Origin: Psammoneis japonica
Lineage: Eukaryota
Direction of reading: 5' to 3'
DNA: 64,000 bases
Assembly (NCBI GenBank): GCA_008632985.1
Contig: QPGO01000002.1
Coordinates: 930,001-994,000, forward strand
In this document: positions 46,237 to 58,913 of the stretch, piece by piece
Layout of the letters: each line of letters starts with the position of its first letter
Position numbering within the stretch: the first letter of the stretch is position 1
Program-made: the position numbers and the translations under genes
Notes under the pieces: generated by a model
What the model saw: only the letters and a program-made list of their open reading frames with translations
The model's database searches: none
What the model was told of the DNA's origin: nothing

Positions 46237-46812
46237 CTATGGCTCAATCTCTACAACGCACTCCACTTCTGTCGTAATGTTGAGTGGCAGTGCGTTGGTT
46301 CCGACAGCAGAACGGGCATGAACTCCACGTTCGCCAAAGACTTGAGCAAACAAATCAGACGCCCCATTAATCACTTTAGGTTGCTCTTGAAAGTCATTGG
46401 TACAATTGACAAAGCCCACAACCTTGACAATTCGTTTGATTCGACCCCAATCGCCGCCCAACTCTCGGTTGAGGGTGCCCAGAATATTCATGGCACACGC
46501 ACGAGCACTATCATATCCGTCTTGTGTCGACAAGGTATCTCCAACTGTGCCTTGGATCAGCTTATTGTTTGGCCCCGCCGTTGGTATATGGCCACATAGA
46601 TACAGCATGTTTCCCGTCTGGACGCAACTGACATAGTTTCCTTTTGGCGCGGGTGATTCAGGTACAACAATGTTTAGGTCTTCCAACTTTGCCTCGATTT
46701 CTCTCGTCCTTTTCTTCCGTGACAGTTTGCGAGCAAAAATCACAAATGAACAACCAGCTGCGACGCAACTCGCAACAAGAGCGCTTGGTGATATAGACGA
46801 AGAGGGCGGCAT
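46237..46812 (-). CDS. RidA/YjgF/UK114 family protein
   Basis: PKGNYV..VQTGNMLYLCGH, IVKVVGFVN, QPKVINGASDL...GERGVHARSAVG..LPLNITTEVE. Confidence 0.93.
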   Translation of the reverse strand: MPPSSSISPSALVASCVAAGCSFVIFARKLSRKKRTREIEAKLEDLNIVVPESPAPKGNYVSCVQTGNMLYLCGHIPTAGPNNKLIQGTVGDTLSTQDGYDSARACAMNILGTLNRELGGDWGRIKRIVKVVGFVNCTNDFQEQPKVINGASDLFAQVFGERGVHARSAVGTNALPLNITTEVECVVEIEP

Positions 46813-46899
46813 CAGGAGCGTTGATTTTTGACATCAGAAGAAAAATGAAAGAGAATGCTGAAATACGGTGCATGGAATCTGAAATCCGCGCCACAGCAG

Positions 46900-49800
46900 G
46901 CTCCCGCGAATTCGAAGGACGGACCGACCCTGTGCAAAGAGCTTTCAACAAAACAAACCGAAAATCATGGAAACACGACAATCGATTTCTTCATCCCATC
47001 CGTGCCAGAGCTTGTGCATTGCAGTTGAAATGGAAAGTGTTGGAGGGTTGTTTTGTCAATGCTGTTCTTGTCCAAGGCTGGACGAGATCAAAGTCATTGC
47101 ACTTTCTGGCTGGCACTGTCACGTCTCTTGGCTGTGACAACTGCTCCATTTGTGTGAGACTTGGCCAAACAGCTCATGCTTGCTGTCATTGCAGATGTCA
47201 TGTGCTGTGATGTCACGCCTCGGCCCCGCTCTGCTTTTGCTTCTGTGCCCTGAAGTGTGGAGTGTGAGATCACAGGCATGTTTGTTGAGTTGACAGCATC
47301 ATCTTTGGCGCTCCTCCAGCATCAACGGAGCTTTGTCTTTCAACACCCTCGTGGGTGTTGGCACCAATCATTTGGGCTGGATGATCATGATGAGCAGAAA
47401 GACAGGAAACAACAGCACAGCAGCTTGATCCTCTCACCACACCATGCCACAGTGCTGAAAAGTTGACCACTTGCTTTGGGCGACATTGCAGCACCAATGA
47501 TTTGAGAGCAGCTTGAGATCCATGGGTCGGTGACAAGGAAGAATGCAGCATTTGCAATTCTGAAAACACAGAGCTTTGGTGCACAGAGGCAGTGCAGCAT
47601 TGTGCCACCAAAGTCACCCGCGCTGACCTCATCTCCACAAGTTGTGCAGCACAAGCCACATGAAATGTGCACAACAACAAGCTGCCGGTCATGTGCACAA
47701 ACTTTGCCTTGTTTGTGCTGCACAAGCACTCACAGTGCTGTGCAGTGTCAACTGTGCCACACCTGTGTGATTTGCATGGTTTTTGTGTCATCAACAGCTG
47801 CACCTGTTGAGGAGTGAGGGCTGTCTTCTTGCTTTTCCTGCCAGAGTTGTCTGCAGCCTCCTCTGATGATCTCTCATGACACACTGCCATGTGTCCAGGA
47901 GCTGTGCAGAAAATTGCACATGCCAAGTTGTGTGGGCTTTTGTGGTGCCATTTTTGGGCATGTTTTCTTGGTGCATTTCCTCATGCCCATGACAACATCA
48001 AAGGAAAAATGATGCAATCACACAACCGCGAGCAATCCAGTGCTGCTTCATTCTCCCACTGCGCTGGTGGAGAATCCCTCCACTCTGAGTTTTTGGCAAA
48101 TGGGCTCACCTTTGGGGAAATTTGAAACATTTGGTCAGCTCAAATTGTGCACACCAAGAAGACACACATGGCAAAAAGAAAGAAGGTGTTTTGAAGCACC
48201 ACCTCATGGCACCCATCAGCTGCCAGCTTTTGTCGTGTTGCCTTTTTTTGGTGGGGGGGGGCAAGCCCAAGTTGCGCACTTTGTCAATTTTTTTTAAAAC
48301 CAAGAAGTCAATGAGACAACTTGGCTGCCAATTGCAGGGGGGGTGTTTGAGCAACAAAGAGTGAACACACATTGTGAAACAAAATGGCAAGGATGCCCTG
48401 CACTGACCTGTGCATTGCAAGCAACTCAGTTTGCCAGGTTTGTGTCATTTTTGTGTCTGCAAATTGAGCAGAGATTTTGCAAATGTGAGGGAGATGACAC
48501 AGCATTGTGCTTGATGGGTGCTGTGTCCACACACCCCACACACAACATTGTGGAAGATCATTGTTTGAGGGGCCCAACCACCAAAATAACAGCGCCATTT
48601 GCTTGGCTAAAAGAGGAGCCTGCATGCCTTGCATGCTGTTGGCTGCATGGCACTGGCACTCTGCTAATGTGGTGACCTTCTCAGCTGGCACTTGGGGGTG
48701 GGAATGTGACTGACCCTGCAGTTGAGTGGCAAAGTTGACCATGACCTTGTTGCAGTCACCTTGGCACCACATGTTCTTTGACTTTGTGGTGGAAATCATC
48801 AAAAGCACAAGCGGCTGGAGGCAGGGTGAAGGGTGCCACACTGTGTGGAGCCAGTGGTTGTGGGGGCAGCAGCTGGGCCACTGCCAGAAGAGCTGGCCCA
48901 CTGAGAGCACTGCAGCCCTTTGTCTGGCTAGAGGGGATGCCAGGTGTGTGGGCACCCCTGGGGCAGTGGCAGGCTCCCTGGTGTCACTTGGTGTGTGATG
49001 ATGTGTGGCAATCAACTGCCCACAGATGTCTCTTGCACATCTTTTTTTGCTTTGTGGGAAAAAATGGCCAAAGGAGGAAACAGGGGCAAAGAGGATGTCC
49101 TGTGGTGGTTGGCAACCAACAGATGTGCTCAATGTGCACATGTCATCCAACAATGTGTGCAGTGGGTTCTCCCAATGCTTGTGCTTCTCAAGGCCAGTGA
49201 TTGCTTGTTGATGAGCAACATGGCAAGACAAACCAGTGCTGGCCACTTTTTCAGTGATGAGAACTGTTTTTCTTATGACCATTTTTCCTCTTCTACTCTG
49301 ACCATCTCACATGAGAGCTGTGGTTGCAGATTCTGCATGTCATGCTGTGAGGGCACCGACTGTGCAAGTTTCACCCCTGGGAATTTTGTTCAATGGGAGA
49401 TGACACACTGAAGAAAAAACACAGCTGACACCCTGCTTTTTTTGTGGGATGATGCATGGAAGAAAAAACCAGGGCTGACACCCCAGCACAAAAAAGGTGG
49501 GAGTTGGGGTTGTGCAAAAGACAAAACCAGGGCTGGCACACACACAAAAAGGCAGGGTCAGCGCATGATGATTGAAGTGTGATGGCATGAACAACTTTGT
49601 GTGCTTCAAACATGACAATGGCAAGTGATTCAATCAAAGAACAACCAGCCAACAATGAGTCAGTGCTGAACATTGATCGCCATTGCTGCCATCAACTCTT
49701 GCCACCAGCCACCATTTTGCTCCCTGAGCTCTTTCATGTGAGCTTTGTTTTGCCACTTTGTGAGTTGTGATGGCTCTCTCTGCTCTGCCTGCCACTGGTT

Positions 49801-50950
49801 GGCAAAGAGCTTGGAGTCTTCTGCCACCCCTGGCAAGACCAAATGAATGCTCATCATGGCACACAGCAGCTTGCAGGGTTGCACCTGCAACACAGGGAGT
49901 TTGCTGGTCAAATGTGTGGTTGACATTGTCTCTCTGACCTGCAGCATGCCTGAGCACACATGCATCATGAATGCCTCAGGTTCAATCACTGCTGCTTTCA
50001 CACCCACAATGAAAAAAGCTTCCTTTTGATCGACAACTTGCTGGGGCCACTGAAGGCATTGTTTTTTGCTGCTGAGCCTGGCACCCACTGCCCCCACCCC
50101 CCCTCATTTCTTGTTGCCAGCACTCAAGCAACAAATGTCTTTGTGTTTGACCTGACAACTGGTGCTCTGCCTTGCCGGCAACAAAAATGTCATGACATCC
50201 AAATGACCTCATTTCTCTGACTTTTGCTGGTGTCAAGAACATTTCTGGGCCAACTCTCAGTGCAAATTGCAGGCCATTGCTCTGTCATCTGGTGTGTGGT
50301 TGCTCCAAGATGCTGTGCTGTTCTAAACAAGCACATGTCACACAACACAGCTGTTGCTGGTTGCAGTGCTGCAGCGGCCCTTGTTCAAACTTTCCTGGAG
50401 ATTCGCACAAAGCAAGTGTGTGCCAAAAAGTTGTCTGGAATGAGCTGTGTGGACAAATCACACAGCTTCTTGACTTGGGGTGGAGCAAGCCATGCAAACA
50501 GCCCCACTCATCCAGAGTGATCAACCTGGTTGTCAGAGGAGATCAACAACACAACGTCATCTTGACAAGGTTTTTTCATGGTCAATGAGGCACATTTCTT
50601 TTTTGGCTGTTGCAGGCCCACCAGCATCTCTCACCATTTCATGCCCAGATCAAGATGAAACCAATGCAAACATGCACTTGCAATGAGCAAAACAATCTCA
50701 TGGCTGACTCACATTCTGAGCCTTGCGAAAAAGGCGGTGATTTCATGCGTTGTGAGATGCGTGTGACAGAACACATGATGGTGGTGCACATCCTTCCTGT
50801 CAAATGCCAGCTCCATGCACTCACAACAAACAAAGACAATGTCGTGGCTGACTCACATGCTGAGCTTTGTGGCAAAGGTGAGAGTTCATGCATCATCTTG
50901 GCATCATGAGACACAACATGGCATGACGACTTGCACCTCCGCAAATTTTC
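46900..50950. other. TpA/CpG-depleted degenerate repeat block
   Basis: Almost no TA. Shares a ~65-bp segment with 53282-53348. Internal ~45-bp repeat at ~50692 and ~50836. Confidence 0.55.
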
Positions 50951-51274
50951 TAAACATGTTTTCGATCATTAATTCCACATTTTCGAGAATGAATACAGCA
51001 CTCGAATTTAATTTTATTCGGAAACGGAAAACACAGCATTTCGAAATTTTGCGTCGCGCCAACCAAAAACTCGAAAAACTGAAACACCACTTCGCCGCTT
51101 ATTGACCCACATCATTGCGGCAACCAAGGCAAGTACCGGTAAGGGAGAGAGATGGACATTCTAAAGCGTCGAGAGAGCGATGCAGTGGAGGGCGTTGCTG
51201 AACACACAGTGCCGCATCAATGCAAAAAAGAATCAGAGAGAGAGAAAACGCCGCTTAAAAAAATGCACGCCACA

Positions 51275-52422
51275 ATGTCATGCCATAAAATGCGCCGGTG
51301 CTTTTGTGCTGTTTTCTGTGTCTTCTTGTCATGGATTTGTGTAAATTGTTTTCGCAAGCACCGGTTCCTACCATCATTGGAATTATCGGATGTTTCTGGC
51401 ACTGCTGCTGAGGACCAACCTCTTGTTGGAGGAGAAAAGGCACACTTTGTCGTCTTTGTTCGTATCCCCAAAACGGCAAGGTATAGTTATGGCTCTCGAG
51501 GTGGGCTGCATTCGAACACGTGTGTGCATGGTTTGCGCGTATTTATGATTGTGTGCCACTTACTCTACTCTCCTTTTTAAAATGCTCATCCAGCACTTCT
51601 GCCATTTCGTTTTTCGACCAAAACATGATGAGCATGGATCAGTTGTTGACGACCCAACAACGTGATGCTTTACCAAAAATATCCACACGAGTGTTGCCCT
51701 GCATGTTTGGGCCCTTGAAGAGCAAGAAAAGGCCGGACCGTATTCGCCGCGAGTGCAATCATTATGGATACCAAGAGGGCTTGTACAGCACCTGGCAAGG
51801 TGCAATTGAAATGTTGAGTGAAAACAATGAAACATTGCGAGGAATTAGGAACGAAACATTGTTGCCGACCATGCAAGCCGTCACTTTTGTGCGTGATCCC
51901 TTTGATCGTTTGAGATCGCTCTTTGATTATGTCTATAAACATCGCAAGGGGGAATTGTGGAAACGGCAGCACACAACAAAACAATGGGAAAAGCTGCTTG
52001 CCCATGACTTTCCTGGATGGTTGAATCTCATTTATGAAGAGAAGGCGCATCCCATGGGAGCACAATACGAGTATTTAGATGACGACAGTGTGGATACGGC
52101 CATTGCCATGATTACCGGCAAGACACCAACCGTGACGGTTCTCGTTACCGAGTGCTTTGAAGCCAGTTTGCGCCTGTTGAAAAAGCGAGTAATGCTACTC
52201 AATCATGATTCGGTTGGCGACTTTGTGGGATCGACAAGGCTTCGATCGAGACAAAATGATACGACACATGATGATGATAACTTATTCGAGGACCTGCGAG
52301 AGCAAAGTAAGCGATACTTTCCAGAAGAATACAAGTTTTACAATGCCGCCGTTGACCAGTTTAAACGACAGGCGGCAGCATTCAACATGCCTCTTGGTGA
52401 TGTGAACAAGTGCAGAATCTAG
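51275..52422 (+). CDS. Sulfotransferase-family type II membrane protein; intron ~51481-51580; start uncertain
   Basis: TM segment, VVFVRIPKTA/SSTS (5'-PSB), VTFVRDPFDRLRSLFDY (3'-PB). Confidence 0.75.
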
Positions 52423-52757
52423 AAGGTAGTTGTTTTACACAAAACTAAAGCAGTTAGCCAATGGCATGCGATGAACGTTGTACTTTCGCCGCCACAGCAT
52501 GATGAGACTCTAATGATACAACAAAAGATGACGATAATTTCTTCGAGGACCTGCGAGAGCAAAGTAAGCGATACTTTCCAGAAGAATACAAGTTTTACAA
52601 TGCCGCCGTTGAGCAGTTTAAACGACAGGCGGCAGCACTCAACATAACTCTTGGCGATGTGAACAAGTGCAGAATTTAGAAGGTATAGTTTTACGCAAAA
52701 CTAAAGCAGTTAGTCAATGACATGCAATGAACGTTGTACTTCCGCCGCCACAGCATG
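52246..52757 (+). repeat. Tandem duplication (~257-bp period) of the sulfotransferase 3' end and downstream sequence
   Basis: TTCGAGGACCTGCGAGAGCAAAGTAAGCG...CGCCGCCACAGCATG occurs at ~52285-52501 and ~52542-52757. Confidence 0.92.
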
Positions 52758-52869
52758 CAAGTTGATGACATTCTTTAGCATTCCGAGAACTCTCACAGCA
52801 GAAGAAACTGCATGCGCACACCAGCCAGAAAATTGAGCTTCTCTCTATCATGGACAGTTCTAGAGAGCC

Positions 52870-55250
52870 GTGTTACCTGAGTGTTCGATCAGCCACCCAA
52901 TGGTTTTCACTTGTTTTTGGTGCATGATCAGGTTGTGACTGCTCTGGGTCAAGTTGAGACTGTCCCAGATCCATCTGACAATTCATTCCCAGTTGAACTG
53001 TCTGGGCATTGTGATGGCAGATGGTCCTTCACTCCTCATTGAGTTGAACCAGCAACAAGTGCACCACCTCCCCTTCCAGATTTGTTCTCAGACCATCTTC
53101 ACTCTTTCTTGTTGCACAGGGAGTCAACTCTGTTCTCCTGAGTGGAATTTCATGTGTCACTGTCAGAGGCAGTCTGCTGTCTGGAAATGCATTTTGCAAC
53201 AATGGTGGCTGTGGCTGTGGCTCTGTCAACATGCATGGTTTGCAGGTGCTTTTGGGTGGCTCTCACATCTCCAATGACACGGAAGATCCTTGTTTGAGGG
53301 GCTCAACCACCAAAATGACAGCACCATTTGCTCAGTTAAAAGAGGAAATTTTTGAGCAAAAGGCAATGCATCAAACTCAAGTTTTTCACTTTTCAAAGAA
53401 AATGATGATGAGCTGGACAAAGGAACTTTGTGACATGAAACACAAACAGCACACAATTTGCAGCTGTTTTTTCCACAACAATGTGTTGGCAGCTCATGAC
53501 AAACAACAAGCCAATGTCATGCACAAAACAGAGCAAATCTGCCAGAGTTTGTAAAGTTTTTTGCTTTGGCAGGAGAACACAGCACAAGAAAAAACAGAGA
53601 TGTGTGCTGTGTTTGTTGATTCGGAGTTGGTCCAATGCAAAACAAGAAGCCAAAACACAAAAATTGGTGTTTTTGTTCAACAGCTCTTTTGCAAGCTTGG
53701 CTCAAAGTCAATGCGCCCACCATGAGCACCAGAGGGAACAGGAAATGGGAAGAGGAAATGGGAAATGCAGCTTTTTTTCTGCAGAGCATGCCGTTCCAAA
53801 ATCTGGGGACACTCCAGAGTCAGCAAATGCCAGCATTTGAGGATCTGCTGCAACTGGCTGCAAGCCTTGGCCCAGTTTGCAGCCACAGCCCCACCAAAAA
53901 ACTGTGCAAAAGCCCACCTCTTCTTTGGTGTGCACTGTGTTGCTGCTGGCAGCAGGTGGATGGATGCAAAAAGAGTGTGCACAGGGTGAAATGTGCTTGC
54001 ACTGCCGCCAACGTGGGGGGGCATTTGGGTCCACTGGTGTCTGTCCAGAGGTTCATCACAAAACCTTGCTGGCCACACATGCATGGTGGCACCATCAGGT
54101 GCATGTGCCCCAGCTGCAGTGAAGCCCCAGCCAGATGTGTCTTCACACTGCTGGACTGCTGGAAAATTGATGTTTTTGTCACATGCACCACGTGTCATGC
54201 GTGCACGACATTTCTGCAGCATGACTTTGGTGGCACTTTGTGCCATTTTACACAGTGCAGTTCTTTGATGTTTGTGGAGTGCACCAGTGGTGAAGGCAGA
54301 TTTTCAAAAATTTTTGGCATGAGGAAGCTGAGCTTCATTGCAAACTCAGCCATTTTTAAATGTCCAAGACAAGTGTGTTCATTGCCCCCAACATGCAAAC
54401 TGCAGATGAGCTCATGTGCAGAATTCTGTCGGTCCACATCACATGGAGCTCTGACCAGGGCTAAAGAGCACATCCCAGCTCTTCTGGAAGATGGGAGGCA
54501 ACAGTGCACTGACCCAGTGCACTGTTCCCACCTGGACAGTGCGCAAAAAAAAATCACACACACACATCCCACAGCTGGGAAGATCCTGCTGCAGTCTCAC
54601 CAGGACACTGCAAAATGTGACACTTGTTGTGGCAACTTGCAGGACAATGGGGAAGGGACACACAAATGACAAGACACTCATGATGGCACCCAAAATGGCT
54701 CTGCCAATTTATGACCCTGTTGTGCTTGTTGAAGTGCATTTTGGCCAAAATGAGGGAAGATGTGGAGGGCATGCAAGCACGAATGAAGCAAATGCAACAC
54801 AATTGGTTATTCCAGCAACACCAAACAAGCAGAGGTTGCTCAGGTTGGTTTAACAGTTTCCAATGCAGAGTCTAAAGACAACAATGAAGTGCCTGTTGAA
54901 ATTGATGGTGACTTCAAGGAGATTGGCAACAAGTGAGGTCAAAAAAGATTCATGATTTTGGGGCTGGTGTGGTGTTGGTCATTGCTGCCATCTCATTGGA
55001 GCTGTTGTTGTTGGAGTGATGTCAGGAGGTGGTGTAGGAGGCAGTGCCACTCAAGCATCTGGTGCAGCAGCTCCCACCATCCCAGCTTCTACAGTTGCTC
55101 CTGCCACTCCAGCTCCTTCTCCAATCATTGTGCTTCTAAATGGTCTGTGGAATCTCATTGGCAAGCCATGCCTGCTGCATTTGCAGGTCAATCATTGCAT
55201 CACAACAGTGTTGATGTTGTTGTTGGTCGTGCGCAAAAGGAACTCTAAAA
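52870..55250. other. TpA/CpG-depleted degenerate block containing a fossil ORF (~53722-54669, +)
   Basis: The 344-aa ORF has no Tyr and many Cys/His. No recognisable domain. Confidence 0.55.
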
Positions 55251-55561
55251 AGCCACTCAGCTACTAGTGTAATCGTTCTTTCATAATCATGATAAAGAGA
55301 TTGATTGTTATGAACACTATTCTACGTAATATTCGTCTTGAACACGGTGGAACCGGTAGAATTTATTCGGTTGGTCGGGTTCTTTTGTTGCCGGTTGGTC
55401 TTTCTCTTTGAATGCTACGAGCAGGAGTCTGGCCACGAGAGACCACGACACATTTAGAATACGATGACATCTGACTCTTTTCTGCTGTAGTCCTAAGAAA
55501 ATATGCACCTAATATGAAGCTACTTATCTCATACTCTATCCTGCTTTCCCTGCAATCAAAA

Positions 55562-58019
55562 TCACGTCAATTCAGAAGCGGCATCCGATTCAGTCCCACT
55601 CGGCTGTGGCGTCGATTGGTTGGAATCCAAGAATGCAAAGCGTTCACGACGAATTCGCCGCCATTGCTTCTTTGAAGCCTTGACATCTTTTTTAAGCTTT
55701 TCCTCTTCTTCCCTTTCCTTCTTGTTGGGGTCCATAATCATATCGAGTGCATCGAAATTAACGAGAGAATCCCACATGCTCAATTCCGCCTCCTGCTTTT
55801 CATCCCGTTGCTTTTTCTCTGTTTCAAAGTGTATCAGACCAACAAGTGAGTAAAGCAAAGAATACAAAAACGTACAGACGGCGCACATGCCCAGAATCCT
55901 CGCATCTCTCGAATAACTTACCGATGAAGTCAATCCTTTCTTTCACCTCAGCGGCCTCGTCATTCTTGCCCTGCGCCCTTAGACATTTCTCCAAGTACTT
56001 GTTGAGAATTAGAGTCTCCGTGTGGTCCGGTCCAATATCGGGCGAATCAGTACGCAATTTCACCAAATACTTGAGCGTAACTTCGGCCCAAGCATCGAGT
56101 CCGTGCTTCATAAAGAGTCCAACTTCTGCAAAGTAATCCAAAATAAACTTCTCATCATACCACTCGAGCTGACTCAGAGGCCTTTCCGCAACCGCTTCTT
56201 CCGCCATGACAATGAGTTCCGCCATAGTTTTGCGATCCAGTCCCTCAAGCGCCTCATACGGATCACCAAAGGAATCCGTTGAATATTCGAGGCAATGCCG
56301 ATAGTGCCTAAATCCGTCGACACCGCACACAACCCACATGGGCCACAAGTGCACTTGAATCTCGCAAATATGACCCTTGAGCTCAATGTTGATCTTGCAA
56401 TCGCGGTATCCTCCGGCAATGGCTTGCTGATCCGATTTGAGCGTGCTAAGCTTGACACGACGAATGAGGGGACCAAACGAATCACGAGCCAATTCCAGCA
56501 ACGCCAAAAGAGACGGAAAGTCCTTCACCACCACTAGCGCACGGCAATAGTCTGTCACCTTGAGCAAATCACCCTCGTATTTTTTCTCCGCCTTACGCAA
56601 GGCAGACTGGACCTCCTTGATGGGTCCAACGCCAACCTCCTCCATACCCAAACTACCCGCCAATGCCTTGCAAATTTCCACAAGAGACGGGAGTGCCTCT
56701 TCGGCTTGAGCGATTAACGTCTTGGCCAATTCCGTCTTGGACATGGCATCGAATTCATCAAGCTCCCTTTGCATCACGGGCTTGTCCGCGTTTTCATAAC
56801 CCCGATCGCCGGGGTCATTGAGACCCGTCATGGAGTTGAGGTATGGAAAGACGGGATCGTGTTGCATTCTGCGAAAGACCTCGTCGTATTTGCGTCGATC
56901 ACGGAGCAATGAACAAATCATGCGATAAAAGTCCCACGAATCCTTAATGACGGCACGTCGCTTGGCAATGCTTTCCAAGGCCTCCTCTTCTCCTTGGACA
57001 GTGTCCGCACGTGTCTCGACGGCGTAATAAATTCCGCTCGAACCTCCGCCGCCCTTTTTTCTCCCAGGAATGGCTCCCGAACGAATCAACTTATTGGAGT
57101 AGTCCGCCAAGGTCAGATACTGTTCCTCGATTTCATCACGCTGTTTCTGATTCAGATTCTCATCACCCCACACGCGTGATTCTTGTTTGGTTTTGAGCTG
57201 AGAAAAGAAAGAGAATTGAATTATGAATAAGCAGTGAAGTATTTTACAAGCAAAAACACAACTACCACTCACCTTTTTGCCTCCTCTAGCCTTATTGGCG
57301 GCATCAACACGCTCCTTATTGCTCAACATCATATCAATCGCTTCCAACCACGAAATGGCTGTCCGTTGTTCACACGCCACAAGCGTGTATTGACCTCCAT
57401 TCGTACCCACCAGTTCCATACCACGCCTCGACTTGTCGTGACTGGGCGAAGCCTTGGCCACCACCATGCGCTTGAGGAGCGTCTTTTTATCCGTCTTGGC
57501 CGATGGACTCGACAAGAGCGTAATCTCGTGCGTGGCCGTGTCGAGACGATAAATCAACATGCCGTCGGGAACGCGTGAATACCGACCCGCCTTGTCCTTG
57601 GCGTCCTTTTTTTCCTGCCGGGCAATCATGTCTGCGTGATTCGATTCGTCTTCTTCACTTGGATTTGCCGTAACCACGTGCTTGTTGGCACGCTTGCAAC
57701 GGAAAAAACTGAAGCGTGATTTTTTGGGTTTCGTTTTCGACGACGACGACACTTGGACGACAGTCGGTGACGTTTTCTGGCTGTGTTCCGTTGGCTCTTC
57801 TCCCAACATCTTTTCGGATGCCTTTAATTCAATAGCATTCTTGCCCTGACCGTCTGCAGGAGGCCATTCATAGGCTGGATCCACAAAGGCAGCCTCCAAA
57901 ACCGTTCCAACCGTGATTGTGTTGGCGTCGGCGCCCCGAAGCTCATCCATGGCTGGATCGTACGAACCCAACGAGGCTTCGCCGTCCATGTCCACCTCAA
58001 CATTACTTGCGGCCATCAT
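55562..58019 (-). CDS. PH-like + RelA/SpoT-like nucleotidyltransferase domain protein; introns ~57270-57200 and ~55920-55820
   Basis: GPIK...ALRKAEKKYEGDLLKVTDYCRA...GGYRDCKINI...HICEIQVH matches RelA_SpoT synthetase-fold motifs. Upstream LVACEQRTAISWLEAI resembles a PH C-terminal helix. Confidence 0.8.
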
Positions 58020-58913
58020 GATGTGTAAATGAGTTTGATAGAAGGCGTTTATTGCAAATAAAGCCTTCTGATGCGACCTTTGAGATTGCCCGTTGTTGCA
58101 ATGGAGAACGACGATAATGAGAGTGCGTGATAAGTGGCGAGATTTCACTCCGACAAAAATGCGGGAAATGCTTTCCTAATGAACGTAAAAAGGATATTAA
58201 ATATATATACAACTATATATAATGTATGAGATATATATGGAACTTTGTGTATCAATATATCGCCAAAGTTTTGCAAGACCATGTTCAATGATGTGAAAAC
58301 AGCACAAGTACGGGGAGGAGACGACATGGCGCAGTCTTTTATCATCGAATAATCTCTGCATAAAGTACTTTTGTACATTACAAGATGAAGAGCTGCATGT
58401 ACCGGTAGGCTGGCACTTGATTCTTTGTCATGCTCATATGGCGGTCAAAATGTGACCAGAATTTTTTATTCCCGTCATCAGAATTATTCACCTTCAACGA
58501 TAAATAGGTTTATAGACAAGCATTGTTCTATAATTTCCATAGCTATTCTTTAATCGATAGTGAAGTATCCGTTGAACGGATTATTTCTGCTTTCGTGTCC
58601 TAGGAAATCATTTCAACGGGTTGATCACACGTGATCATGCCATCGTTTCCCGCGTGTTTTGGTTTCGGGTGTCCGGTTGACAGTTGTGGCCGAACCGGTT
58701 GCCGTGTTTTGCAAGTCACTCATGACAGCGGCTTCGTCCTGAAAACACGGGATCGACAAAGCTTATTTGCCCTCTTGAGATTCTTCTTGAGCTTGTGTGG
58801 TGGAGAGAGATTGAAAACCTGCTGGAGAAAAGTATACGAAAATTGGAAACGAACAAAAGAAAATAAGAGGAGCGCTCGCAAAATTATTTGTTCTGTAAAA
58901 ACGAAAAATCAAA

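Noticed and set aside
39020..55250. Dozens of overlapping Cys/His-rich ORFs in all six frames (also at 900-4650)
   Set aside because: Loss of TpA removes TAA/TAG stops and Tyr codons and inflates TGY/CAY. These ORFs are by-products, not novel metal-binding proteins.
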